A stretch of 64,000 bases of DNA from Promethearchaeota archaeon (GCA_018238625.1 JABCSY010000002.1:1-64000); one strand, 5' to 3'; shown: positions 17,654-28,117, counted from the stretch's first letter. The notes: generated from the sequence alone by a model not told the origin. Program-made: numbers and translations.

Positions 17654-18799
17654 TTAAAAGCAGCGGTGAATTACTTGAGGGCCCATTTCTTTGTACTCCC
17701 GACGAGTAACCCACATTCTGTGGAATGTCTTCAAGGAGCTTAAGATTGAACCGCCAATCCATACGGAATACATACGCTCTGGAGGGGCAATGATTTTAAC
17801 ATCAACGGACTCTGGAATCTGTTCCTTAATTTCTTTGGTTAATCTTTCTTTGATTCCAGGGAACATTGTTGAACCGCCAGAAAGCACAATATTACCATAA
17901 AGGTCTCTACGAAGGTCGACATCACATTCGGTAATAGCACCAACAATTACATCATCGAGAGGTTCTAACTCTTTCCCGATTACTGATGGATTGAAGAAGC
18001 ATTCGGGTGCTAAAAATCTTTCTACGCCTACATTTATAGTCTCTCCGTCAGGAAGCATGTAGCTTTTTTCCATTCCAGCAACTTTCTTAGAAAGCATCAT
18101 TTCTTTCTCTGGATCGATTGCTACATAGCAGAGTTTTTCTTTGATATCTCTAACAATTTCTTTCTCTGCAGAAGTTGTAAAGGAATACCCTTTTTGACGG
18201 AGTAATCTTTGTAGGTATGTTGTGATATCACGGCCAGCAAGATCGATTCTTTGGATAGCATGACTTAAAGCGAAACCTTCGAAAATAGGTACGACGTGAG
18301 AGACACCATCTCCAATATCTATTACGCATCCCGTAGTACGACCAGAGGCGTAAAGAGATAGAACCGCTTGCATCGCAACGTAAAGGGCTGGAACGTTGAA
18401 TGTTTCAAACATTATTTCAGCCATTTTTTCTCTGTTTGGTCTTGGGTTTAATGGAGCTTCAGTTAAAAGAACTGGATGCTCGCTAGGATCGATTCGTAAG
18501 TCGGTGTAGAACGTGTAATGCCAAATCTTTTCCATAGCAGTCCAATCTTCGATAATACCATGTTCTACAGGAAACATCAACTTTAAAACACCTTTAAGTT
18601 GCATAGCTTCCTCTCCAATGTAATATTCTCGAGTGTAATGTTCGACATCGGTCATTATCGATTCATATTTAGGATAGCCAATAAGAGTTGGAAATACAGA
18701 ACGAGGTTGGTCTTCACCAGCGAAACCGTTTTTTGAAATTCCGGTACCGTTGTCAACGACTAAGGCTTTCGCGTTTAAAAAACTTTCTTCTTCTGCCAT
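17654..18799 (-). CDS. Actin (Lokiactin)
   Basis: [77 protein letters not shown]. Confidence 0.98.
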   Translation of the reverse strand: MAEEESFLNAKALVVDNGTGISKNGFAGEDQPRSVFPTLIGYPKYESIMTDVEHYTREYYIGEEAMQLKGVLKLMFPVEHGIIEDWTAMEKIWHYTFYTDLRIDPSEHPVLLTEAPLNPRPNREKMAEIMFETFNVPALYVAMQAVLSLYASGRTTGCVIDIGDGVSHVVPIFEGFALSHAIQRIDLAGRDITTYLQRLLRQKGYSFTTSAEKEIVRDIKEKLCYVAIDPEKEMMLSKKVAGMEKSYMLPDGETINVGVERFLAPECFFNPSVIGKELEPLDDVIVGAITECDVDLRRDLYGNIVLSGGSTMFPGIKERLTKEIKEQIPESVDVKIIAPPERMYSVWIGGSILSSLKTFHRMWVTRREYKEMGPQVIHRCF

Positions 18800-19239
18800 A
18801 ATATTCAGCTTTTTAATTTTTATTTACTTGTTAATTTTATTCAAAATTTTTTATACACTTATCAATATTATTTTTTTGCGTATAATAATATCGACAAATT
18901 ATAACAAATTCAAATTATCATAATAATAAATTAGATATATATAAATTTTTTTTATTACAAAAAAATTAAGATATTTGGAGGGTATTTCTTTAATAAAAAT
19001 AAGTTTATATATCTTTTAATACAGAAAAATCACAAAATAATTTTTTCATTTAATTTTTTCATTTTTTATTTAGTATAACAAATAATAACTTTTGAAATCA
19101 CAATAAAATCTATTTGTGTATACAAAATGAATTGAAGTAATTAATAAACAAAAATTCATATATATCTGAAATTGAAGAATATATTTTAAATAAGCAATAC
19201 GATTCTTTATTAGAAGATTTCAAACATTTATTTAAATAT

Positions 19240-20685
19240 TTGAAGATGGATTTAAATCCTGATTACGTTAAAAAAAATTTGGAACAAATTGGTAAAGAAA
19301 CAGCAAGAGATATATTAAAAGAGTGGATTGTAAGTTCAGATGATATCAATCTAAGGGAAACCGCGTTAAACCTCTATTCTTCTATGGATGAGGGAAGGGA
19401 GTTTAAATTTTTCGAACAATTATTTCTTTCAGATGAGAGTTTTGAAATCAGATTTTTATCAGGGAACATCTTACGAGACAACTATTTTTATCATAAAAAG
19501 TTCGTATCTCTTCTAGAGTTTACGCTAAATGATGTAAACAATATGGATCAAAAGTTCTTTGCTGTAGAAACATTAAACTCGATTGATACAAAAAAAGCTC
19601 GTAAAATTATTAAAGATTATTTGAAGAAAGCCATTAAATTAAGTTTTAAGAAAAAAATTTATGAGTTTCCTGAAGAAATATTTAATTCTAATTACGATAC
19701 ACCTATTCCTGGTTCAATATTAGAAGTTTGCTTTAATTTAATTCTTTACAACTATTACGTAAATTCATGTGGATATAACGTAACATTAAGGGAAGGATTA
19801 ATAATCCTATTAAATTGTGAGGGTAGTAGGTTGGATGATATTTCTGACATTCAAGCATTTAATAAGCTTGTTAAATTAGAGCATCTACAGCTCCAAAGAA
19901 ATAACATCCACAATATTCGTGGCCTTAGCCATTTAACACAATTAAAAACTTTAAACTTATCACAAAATCAAATTAAAAAGATTGAAAATTTAGACAGCTT
20001 GAATAATCTCCAGGAAATCACTTTATCTTCAAATAAAATAAATAAGATTGAAAATCTGGATTTGAGGAGTTTAAAAAAAGTATCTTTGGATCGGAACTTA
20101 ATTACAAAAATTGAAAATTTAGATAATTTACGCGATTTAGTACTATTAAATCTTAGCTATAACGCTATTTTAAAACTGAAAAACCTCGATAATTTAGGTA
20201 ATTTAAAAACTCTTTTTTTGTCTTTTAATCAAATAGAAATAATTTCTGGTTTAGAAAAACTTGAGAACTTAGTTACTTTAAATTTAAACGATAATCGGAT
20301 TGCTCATATTCAGGGGTTAGAGCGCTTGCTGAGCTTAAAAGTTTTAAGTTTATCCAATAATATTATTAAGAATATTGAAAATTTAGATAATCTAACAGAA
20401 TTAAATAAATTAGAGATTTCTAACAATAAAATTGAAACATTTAATGGATTGGAAAATCTTAAAAATCTTCAAGAACTATTTATTGATAAAAATCGTATTA
20501 AGCAGATGGAAGGAATAAATAATCTAGAGAGCTTAATTATTCTTTTTTTAGAAAACAACGATATTAAAGATTTTAAACTAAGTTATATTGATAATTTAAA
20601 AAATTTGAACTTTATTTTTTTAAACGAAAATCCGTTAACTCCCGAAAGTTGGGAAATCTATCAAAAGAGAACTCGATTTCCGTAA
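19240..20685 (+). CDS. Leucine-rich-repeat protein (SDS22-like) with N-terminal HEAT-like region
   Basis: ~12 repeats of LxxLxLxxNxIxxIxxL; helical N-terminus. Confidence 0.9.
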   Translation: MKMDLNPDYVKKNLEQIGKETARDILKEWIVSSDDINLRETALNLYSSMDEGREFKFFEQLFLSDESFEIRFLSGNILRDNYFYHKKFVSLLEFTLNDVNNMDQKFFAVETLNSIDTKKARKIIKDYLKKAIKLSFKKKIYEFPEEIFNSNYDTPIPGSILEVCFNLILYNYYVNSCGYNVTLREGLIILLNCEGSRLDDISDIQAFNKLVKLEHLQLQRNNIHNIRGLSHLTQLKTLNLSQNQIKKIENLDSLNNLQEITLSSNKINKIENLDLRSLKKVSLDRNLITKIENLDNLRDLVLLNLSYNAILKLKNLDNLGNLKTLFLSFNQIEIISGLEKLENLVTLNLNDNRIAHIQGLERLLSLKVLSLSNNIIKNIENLDNLTELNKLEISNNKIETFNGLENLKNLQELFIDKNRIKQMEGINNLESLIILFLENNDIKDFKLSYIDNLKNLNFIFLNENPLTPESWEIYQKRTRFP

Positions 20686-20712
20686 AGAAATCCCTTTTAA
20701 TTTCGAAAGAAT

Positions 20713-21279
20713 TTAAGGGTTGTGTGCTAAATAGTCATCTATCCACAAATCCAATAGGATTTCGTCGTAATACTTAGAACCCATGTAAAATTGTTTCTTT
20801 CTTATACCTATTATTTGAAAACCCATTTTTTTATAAAGATATAGAGCTCTTTTGTTGTTAGAAAAACAACTTAAGATAATTTTTTCTTTATTATTTAGAT
20901 TTTTAGATTCTCGAATCGCTTCATCAATTAAATTAAAGCCAATACCCAAATCTCTAAAGTTTGTTTGTATAATTATACCTAGTTTGCCCACGTGAGTGGC
21001 AGCATCCCATTCAAGATTTGAGATTTCACATTGACCAAGGATATTGTGTGGATTTTTTAATTTTGGGTGGACAGCTACAATACATATTTCTCTTTCTTTT
21101 TTAATATTCTTATACCACGATTGTTTTTCGAATTCAGATCTTACCGGGAATAAAACGGGAAGATATATCCCTTCATTAACAACTATGTTGAAATTATTCC
21201 AAATTCCGTCAATATCTGATTCGTTAACGTGTCTAATGATAATGGTTTCTCCGGTTTTTAACTTTAAAACTTTTTTCAT
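20713..21279 (-). CDS. GNAT-family N-acetyltransferase
   Basis: FRDLGIG (motif A), NKRALYLYKKMGF. Confidence 0.9.
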   Translation of the reverse strand: MKKVLKLKTGETIIIRHVNESDIDGIWNNFNIVVNEGIYLPVLFPVRSEFEKQSWYKNIKKEREICIVAVHPKLKNPHNILGQCEISNLEWDAATHVGKLGIIIQTNFRDLGIGFNLIDEAIRESKNLNNKEKIILSCFSNNKRALYLYKKMGFQIIGIRKKQFYMGSKYYDEILLDLWIDDYLAHNP

Positions 21280-21324
21280 TAATTGAATATAAGTTTTTAT
21301 AATTAAATTCCTTATCGTATTATT

Positions 21325-21786
21325 ATGGAGAATAAAAACGAAGATGAGAATTCGAAAAAAGAAGTAGGGGATAAAGAAAAAATTCGCAATTACTTAGAGC
21401 AAATGTCTCAAAATAAAAAATCACCAGTTGCAAAAGATTTGGTACAATTAAAACACGTCGAAGTAAAGAAACAAGAAGCAAGTCAAGAAACAATCAATCT
21501 TGCCAAATCTCTTAAAGATCAAATTTTAGAGCACGACCAATTTGAACGACTTTCTAACGACGAGCTTACAGTTCTTGAATCGTTTATGAGTAAAAGAATG
21601 TTTCTTACACGCATCGCGATCGTTGTTAATCAAAGTAGAATACCGTTAGGTATTGAGCCATTTAAAAAAGCAGATTTAGAAAAAATTCTAGATGTTTTAA
21701 TTTCTAAGGGTTATTTAGAAACAGAGCAAGTCGAAGGAAATACGGTATACATTCTTACAGAAAGAGGGAAATATAGAATTCAATAA
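21325..21786 (+). CDS. Hypothetical protein with C-terminal winged-helix
   Basis: LEKILDVLISKGYL...VYILTERG. Confidence 0.65.
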   Translation: MENKNEDENSKKEVGDKEKIRNYLEQMSQNKKSPVAKDLVQLKHVEVKKQEASQETINLAKSLKDQILEHDQFERLSNDELTVLESFMSKRMFLTRIAIVVNQSRIPLGIEPFKKADLEKILDVLISKGYLETEQVEGNTVYILTERGKYRIQ

Positions 21787-21798
21787 AATTGAAGGGTA

Positions 21799-22431
21799 AT
21801 GGAGCGAATAAAACAATTTTTACAAGACGACGAATACATTTTATGGAAAAAATGTCAAGTAAAAAACTATTTGATAAGAATTCCGTTAGTAATATCTCTT
21901 TTAGGAATTCTAATAACTAGTATCGCTCTATTCTTTTGGTATATCCCTGGTTGGGAAGGAACTTTTTATATATTTAACACAAATATTGAAGTTAATCCTA
22001 TTATTATTTATTTAAGCATTTTATCTATCTTTTATACTGGTATAATAATAGTACTTGGTGATTTCTTTCGAGAGTTTAAAAAATATAACAAGAAATTGGA
22101 TTTGAAATTAATTGACCTAAAGAACTATAATGAAATATATATATTAACTAATAGAAGATGGATTCAAAAAGAATTAAAATATAGTTTTTTGATTGACGAC
22201 TCTAAATTTTCCCCCGACATATTATATCGAATAAAAGATGTGATGTTTATAGATTTAAACAATTTCAAAATAGCATCTATTCAAAAAAGAAGATCACAAT
22301 ACACAATTTTCTTCTGTATTAATAATCCAAATAATAAGGATTTTAATCAAAAAATCTTTTTAAATTTAAATATTAAAGAACACAATGATCTAATTATTCA
22401 TTTAAGCAAATTGATTCCTACGAATATCTAA
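21799..22431 (+). CDS. Hypothetical membrane protein (2 TM, YILTNRR motif)
   Basis: Two hydrophobic segments, then YxLTNxR as seen in bPH-type membrane proteins. Confidence 0.6.
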   Translation: MERIKQFLQDDEYILWKKCQVKNYLIRIPLVISLLGILITSIALFFWYIPGWEGTFYIFNTNIEVNPIIIYLSILSIFYTGIIIVLGDFFREFKKYNKKLDLKLIDLKNYNEIYILTNRRWIQKELKYSFLIDDSKFSPDILYRIKDVMFIDLNNFKIASIQKRRSQYTIFFCINNPNNKDFNQKIFLNLNIKEHNDLIIHLSKLIPTNI

Positions 22432-22437
22432 AATGCA

Positions 22438-22752
22438 TTAATCTTTTTTAAGAATCAATTTATTAATAGGAATATCTTGATATTCTCCTGAAGGATACTC
22501 CCGTCGAATTGTTAAGGGTAAAATTTTAGATTTTAGTTCAAGCAAGGCTATCTTAATTGGGTCTATTAAATCCTTAGGCTTATTTATTAATATAGGGGCG
22601 CCGTATGAAATTTGAAGTGCTCTTGCACCTGTGATGCGGGCTTTTTCGTATCTGGAAAGAAAAATAAAACCGATCTTGATATCTTTTCGAACTTCTTTAT
22701 ACAACTTTCTCAATTCACGAGACTCTAAAAAAGAAGACATAGCATAAACCAT
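22438..22752 (-). CDS. rpoK: DNA-directed RNA polymerase subunit K (Rpo6)
   Basis: [21 protein letters not shown]...PLTIRR. Confidence 0.95.
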   Translation of the reverse strand: MVYAMSSFLESRELRKLYKEVRKDIKIGFIFLSRYEKARITGARALQISYGAPILINKPKDLIDPIKIALLELKSKILPLTIRREYPSGEYQDIPINKLILKKD

Positions 22753-22883
22753 AGAAATAGTAATTAAATTTTGAAATGTAATATAAAATAAAACTTTTTT
22801 GGATTTAATTAATAAACCTCAGTAAGAAACCTTGAATTTAGTGATAAAATATTTATAACTTAAGGAATTGAATTAAATATCAA

Positions 22884-22989
22884 GTGCAAGTGGTCTAGCT
22901 CGGTATGATGACACGCTCACACCGTGTAAATCTACATTAATTCTTTATGTAGATCACGTCGGTCGGGGGTTCGACTCCCTCCTTGCACA
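22884..22989 (+). tRNA. tRNA-Val(CAC) with 32-nt BHB intron in the variable loop (22929-22960)
   Basis: Acceptor GTGCAAG/CTTGCAC, anticodon arm ACACG-CTCACAC-CGTGT, T-arm GGGGG-TTCGACT-CCCTC. BHB helix CGTG/CACG with TAA and TCG bulges; splicing gives variable loop AGGTC. Confidence 0.9.
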
Positions 22990-23071
22990 CTAAATTTATC
23001 TTATTTTAAATAGCGATTTAATAAATATTAATACACTATGAGATTAAATAGTAAATTATAATTCATTACAT

Positions 23072-23356
23072 ATGGATAAATCTGATGTAAAACAGAAGGA
23101 TAAGGATCAAGAAAATGTTGAAGATATGTGTAATAATTTGATTTGTCTTATAAACAAACATTATCCTTCTAACTTAAATCTGATTCCTTCCTTAGGCTCT
23201 TTAGCAAGAAAATATAATTTAAATAGAAATACAATAAGAAAGTATATTTTGATAAATTTAAAGAAAGAAATGAGTCATGAAAACGCTAATAAAATCTATT
23301 CAGATATTTGGAATAGGAATACAATTAATAGTTTTCAGGAAGAGATTACTAAATAA
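23072..23356 (+). CDS. Small HTH-like hypothetical protein, possibly frameshift-truncated
   Basis: SLGSLARKYNLNRNTIRKY HTH-like segment. The -1 frame continues 23353-23448 and ends QKSIMDFLR. Confidence 0.5.
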   Translation: MDKSDVKQKDKDQENVEDMCNNLICLINKHYPSNLNLIPSLGSLARKYNLNRNTIRKYILINLKKEMSHENANKIYSDIWNRNTINSFQEEITK

Positions 23357-23588
23357 AATATCTCTCATCCGATATTCCAAAATATGTATATAATCCATTT
23401 TTAAAAAAATTAGAGAAGCAAAAATCAATAATGGACTTTCTCCGTTAATATCTGTAATTATTAAGAATCGTTCAAAAATATCTATTAACTAATTATTAAT
23501 ATAATTTAAGAGATTCTATAGACTCTGTAACTTTAAAACATATACTAAAAACATAACTGTAAAAAGCCTTTTAGAACGATATTTTCTG

Positions 23589-25937
23589 GTGATCTCTATA
23601 TCGAAAAAAGAACAGTATATATCTCACCCATTAATTAAAGAAAATACAGTCTTAAGGCGAGCTTATCAAGAAAGTATATTTATTAATTGCCTAAACACCA
23701 ACTGTTTAGTGGTTATTCCTACGGGGCTAGGAAAAACGATTATAGGCTTAATGTTAGCGGTACAGAGATTAACAGAAAAACCCAATTCAAAAGTGATATT
23801 TTTAGCTCCGACCAAACCGTTAGTTAATCAACATTATAAATCGTTCTTAGGATTAACTGTTATCCCTTCTCAAAGCTTGAAAGCAATTACAGGAACGACT
23901 TCACCAGAAAAAAGGAAAGTATTATGGGATGATTTAAAGGTCGCTTTTATGACGCCACAAGTGCTCCAAAATGATGTAATTTCAAATCTTTATTCAATAG
24001 ATAGTGTTAGTTTAATTATTTTCGATGAATGCCATCGCGCTGTTGGGGATTACGCATATTGTTTTATTGCTAAAAAGTACATGGAATCCTCGAAAAATCC
24101 TCAAATATTAGGGCTTACTGCAAGTCCAGGATCGACGGAAGGGAAGATTAATGAAATAAAAAATAATTTATTTATCGATCACCTTGAAATTAGAACAGAT
24201 CTTGATTCAGATGTTAAACCTTACATTTATAAAGTCGATAACGAGTGGATTAAGGTTAAGCTTCCAAGCGAGTTTTTAGATATTAAAAAAATTATTTCAG
24301 AAAAACTAAGAACAATTTATAAATGGTTAAAGCAAAAAGAATTATTGAATACATCAGACATCTCTAGAGTTACAAGAAAGAATTTATTAGCTTTAGATAA
24401 AGTAATCAATGGGAGGATTTCGAAGTCTAGAACTGACGACGAGAAGTTCCAATTATTTACAGCTAAAAAATATAATGCAAATGCTATAAGGCTTTCTCAT
24501 ATGGAAGAACTGATAGAAACTCAGGGATTGAGCGCTTTAGATGATTACATGAAAAAAAACGTAGAAAAGATAAAACAAAATACAGCAAATAAATCGTTAA
24601 AAGAACTCCTAAGAGATCCTGACATTAAACGCGTTATTGAGTTAATTGAATCTAACAAAGTAAAGGGAGTTGTACATCCTAAACTAGAGAAATTAGCGGA
24701 AATTCTACATAATCAGATTTTTGGAAATAGTGATTCAAGAATTTTAGTGTTTTGTCATTTTCGAGATTCCGTTAACAATATAGTTAAATTTCTTAAAACA
24801 GATCCGAGTATATCGGCACATAAATTCGTTGGACAACAGAGTAAATCATCTGATAAAGGTTTAACTCAAAAGGAACAAATTAGCCTTCTTGACGACTTTA
24901 AAAAGGGAGTTTACAACACGCTAATAGCGACGAGCGTTGGCGAAGAAGGATTAGATATAGCAGAATGTGATTTAGTTATTTTTTACGATGTTGTTCCGAG
25001 CGCTGTACGCTCAATTCAACGTCGTGGGAGGACTGGCAGAAAAAAAGAAGGAAAAGTTATTATATTAATGGCTGAGGGTACCCGTGATGAAGGGTATTAT
25101 TGGGCGGAAAGAGCTAAGGAGCGTTCTATGAAACAGAGTTTAAAAAAAATAACAGAGACTGATTCCAACTCTAAAGTCGTTGGGCAATCAAGTCTCTTAA
25201 ATTTCGTTAAAAAAGAAAAAGAAAGTAGAGATAAGTCTGACTTAAAAAATGAAAATGAAATTAAGTTGATCCAAAAAATTGAAGGTGCTGAAGAATTTAC
25301 TATTATTTGTGACAATAGAGAAACCGCCTCTGCGGTTGTTAGGACACTATCATTGATGGGAGTTGATTTAAAATTAAAACAACTATCTGTAGCTGATTAC
25401 GTAGTGTCGGAAAGAGTTGGGATTGAACGGAAATCTGCCCAAGATTTTAACGATTCTATTAAAGATGGAAGATTATTTAACGAATTGAACGACCTAAAAA
25501 ATAATTTTATTAGGCCCATCTTAATTTTAGAAGGAGACCCTTTTATTAATTCAAATATTAATCAAAACGCGCTTTATGGTGCAATAACATCCATTATTTT
25601 GAATTTAGGCATTTCTATATACAAAACAAAAGATCCCTCTGAAACTGCTACTTTCCTTTTCCAATTAGCGAAAAAAGAACAATCTAGTGTTAAAGGTGAA
25701 TTAAAACTAAGGTTTGAGAAGAAACCCATCGAAATTTCTCGTTTATTAGAATACATTGTTGCAGGCGTTCCTGGCGTAAATGCGCTTAGAGCAAGAAACC
25801 TTCTTCGAGAATTGAAATCCCTCCAAGATATTTTCAACGCTGAAATTGGTGATTTATTGAAAGTTGAGAATATTGGAAAGAAAATCGCTCAAGAAATCTA
25901 TAAATTAAGTAGATTTAAATATCGTAGTGACTCCTAA
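23589..25937 (+). CDS. hef: Hef (FANCM-like DEAH helicase + XPF/ERCC4 nuclease + HhH)
   Basis: PTGLGKT, DECH, LTASPG, QRRGRTGR, ERKS..DF..SIKDGRL, C-terminal HhH; PIP-like QSSLLNF in the linker. Confidence 0.95.
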   Translation: MISISKKEQYISHPLIKENTVLRRAYQESIFINCLNTNCLVVIPTGLGKTIIGLMLAVQRLTEKPNSKVIFLAPTKPLVNQHYKSFLGLTVIPSQSLKAITGTTSPEKRKVLWDDLKVAFMTPQVLQNDVISNLYSIDSVSLIIFDECHRAVGDYAYCFIAKKYMESSKNPQILGLTASPGSTEGKINEIKNNLFIDHLEIRTDLDSDVKPYIYKVDNEWIKVKLPSEFLDIKKIISEKLRTIYKWLKQKELLNTSDISRVTRKNLLALDKVINGRISKSRTDDEKFQLFTAKKYNANAIRLSHMEELIETQGLSALDDYMKKNVEKIKQNTANKSLKELLRDPDIKRVIELIESNKVKGVVHPKLEKLAEILHNQIFGNSDSRILVFCHFRDSVNNIVKFLKTDPSISAHKFVGQQSKSSDKGLTQKEQISLLDDFKKGVYNTLIATSVGEEGLDIAECDLVIFYDVVPSAVRSIQRRGRTGRKKEGKVIILMAEGTRDEGYYWAERAKERSMKQSLKKITETDSNSKVVGQSSLLNFVKKEKESRDKSDLKNENEIKLIQKIEGAEEFTIICDNRETASAVVRTLSLMGVDLKLKQLSVADYVVSERVGIERKSAQDFNDSIKDGRLFNELNDLKNNFIRPILILEGDPFINSNINQNALYGAITSIILNLGISIYKTKDPSETATFLFQLAKKEQSSVKGELKLRFEKKPIEISRLLEYIVAGVPGVNALRARNLLRELKSLQDIFNAEIGDLLKVENIGKKIAQEIYKLSRFKYRSDS

Positions 25938-25955
25938 ATTGAGAAAAGAATATTT

Positions 25956-27263
25956 TTAAGTTAATTTTTTGAGATTATGGACGCCTTTACCTATTCGTTC
26001 TATAATCTCTTCAATTTCTTCTTCTTTCACGATTAACGGCGGCATCATAATAATGGTATTTTTTCTATTACCACAATAATTTTGTAAAACGCCTTCTTTT
26101 ATTATGGAGAGCATAGCTAATTGCCCAAATATTTCGCTATTAAACTCCATCCCCCATATAAGCCCTCTTCCCCTCACTTCTTTTATTAATTCAGAATTAT
26201 CGTCCGCTATTTCTTCTAAACCTTTGCCAAACAACTTACCCATTTCTTTTACGTGCTTTAAAAATTCGGGATCGGATTGTATGTCTAACATCTCGCATGC
26301 AATCGCACAACCTAAATCTGAACCACCAGTTGTAGAAATATGAATGAACGGATCGTCCTTAAAAACTGACTTCTCTATAAATGGTTTGTAACTACAAGTA
26401 GAGATTGGATATATCCCCGAACTCATACCTTTCCCTAAAACCATAAAATCAGGAACGACTTTTTCGTTCTCATATAAACCGCCATAAATCGCCCAGAAAT
26501 GACTCGATCGTCCAAGCCCGGCTTGAACTTCGTCAATGATCATCATAACCCCATGTTCGTCGCAGAGTTCCCGAACCTCTGAAAAGTAACCTTCTGGAGC
26601 GATTAATACACCGGCTGTTGCAGGGATAGTTTCTAAAATAACGCACGCATCATCATCCGAAATAGTTTTTTTCAAGGCGTCTCCATCGCCAAAAGGGACT
26701 TGCTTAAAACCAGGAAGATTCCATAGAAAGTTTTCTTTAAAGTCAGGGTCTCCAGTTGCCAAGGCAAATCCAGTATGGCCGTGAAATCCTCCAGTTGCGG
26801 AGATACATCCTTTCCTTTTTGTATATGCCCTTGAAAACTTAATGGCAGTATCAACTGCTTCACCACCGCTAACTCCAAATGTTGTTTTTGTTATTCCTGG
26901 AGGCATTAATTCCGCTAATTTTTTCCCCAAAATAGCTCTCCATTCTGATAACTGCAGGTGATCGCCGATATCTAGCCCCCCATCTAAAGCATCCTTAAGA
27001 ACTTGAATAATTCTTGGATTTTGATGACCTAAATTATAAACACCTCCACAAGTGTGACAATCAAACAGTTCCATTGGTGGATCAGAGGGTCTTGGTCCAG
27101 CAAGTGACCTAAATTTAACTCCGCTCCGCTCTCCCGGTACGATTCCTATCCCAAATCCTTTAAAAGTGCGAACTTTTGGTGCGTTCACGTGCTTTGCGTA
27201 TAATTTCATTAACTCTTTCTGTGATAAAGTCCCAATATATTTTTTGTTCGAACGATTTTCCAT
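25956..27263 (-). CDS. Class-III PLP aminotransferase (putrescine/ornithine type)
   Basis: SGGEAVD, FHGHT, DEVQAGLGR, GKGMSSG, EVRGRGL. Confidence 0.9.
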   Translation of the reverse strand: MENRSNKKYIGTLSQKELMKLYAKHVNAPKVRTFKGFGIGIVPGERSGVKFRSLAGPRPSDPPMELFDCHTCGGVYNLGHQNPRIIQVLKDALDGGLDIGDHLQLSEWRAILGKKLAELMPPGITKTTFGVSGGEAVDTAIKFSRAYTKRKGCISATGGFHGHTGFALATGDPDFKENFLWNLPGFKQVPFGDGDALKKTISDDDACVILETIPATAGVLIAPEGYFSEVRELCDEHGVMMIIDEVQAGLGRSSHFWAIYGGLYENEKVVPDFMVLGKGMSSGIYPISTCSYKPFIEKSVFKDDPFIHISTTGGSDLGCAIACEMLDIQSDPEFLKHVKEMGKLFGKGLEEIADDNSELIKEVRGRGLIWGMEFNSEIFGQLAMLSIIKEGVLQNYCGNRKNTIIMMPPLIVKEEEIEEIIERIGKGVHNLKKLT

Positions 27264-27526
27264 GATTTGACAATATTTTTTTTTCTATTAAAATATTGCT
27301 TATATTTTATTCAAAATTGAATTCTATAAATAAAAGGATACTTTTTATGGCAAATAATACTAAAAAGGTTGTAGTAAAATTTCATAATTACACGAAATAT
27401 TTTTTAAAAATTAGAAAAAACAAACAATTAAAATTAATAACAAAATTTTTATGATTAAAGATTAATACTTATATTCTAATATTTACAATAATAAGATTAT
27501 AATCAAAAAAACTTGGTGGAAAAACA

Positions 27527-28117
27527 ATTATCAAATTTAAAGTAATAGTAGCAGGTGCTAAAAATGTAGGAAAAACGTCTCTCATTAGGCGCTACGCCAC
27601 TGGAAAGTTTGATAAATCAACTTTATCGACAATAGGGGTTGATTTCGAAACAAAAAAGGTTGTAGTGGACGATACAGAGATTCTCCTCAACATTTGGGAT
27701 TTTGCCGGAGAAAAAAAGTTCCGTCTTTTATTACCCTCTTACGTCTCGGGCGCTTCTGGAGCTCTTATTCTTTATGACATTACAAATAGTGATTCCTTAA
27801 TAGATCTTCACGATTGGGTTAAGGTTATTACTTCAGTTCCAAATTCTCCAAAAACAAAATTAATGATTGAAGCTAAGATTGATTTAGAAAATCAAAGGGA
27901 AGTCAAACATGAAGACGCTAAAGATGCATTTAATAAATACAAATTTCAAGGAGAAATAATTGGAGTTTCTTCAAAGACGGGAGAAAATGTAGAAAATGCC
28001 TTCGAGATGCTTGGACGACAGATCCTCAAGAATTCTTTAAAAAAATGTTCTAGTTGTAATAAATATTATCCATTAGAGCTTAAATATTGTCAATATTGTG
28101 GACAAAAAACTCGCTAA
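27527..28117 (+). CDS. Rab-like small GTPase with C-terminal zinc ribbon; non-AUG start (ATT 27527 or ATC 27530)
   Basis: Frame stays open upstream of the track start: IKFKVIVAGAKNVGKTSLIRRY..STIGVDF..WDFAGE..AKID..SSK, ending CSSC-x10-CQYC. In-frame TAA at 27500 with no ATG/GTG/TTG before G1. Confidence 0.9.
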   Translation: MIKFKVIVAGAKNVGKTSLIRRYATGKFDKSTLSTIGVDFETKKVVVDDTEILLNIWDFAGEKKFRLLLPSYVSGASGALILYDITNSDSLIDLHDWVKVITSVPNSPKTKLMIEAKIDLENQREVKHEDAKDAFNKYKFQGEIIGVSSKTGENVENAFEMLGRQILKNSLKKCSSCNKYYPLELKYCQYCGQKTR

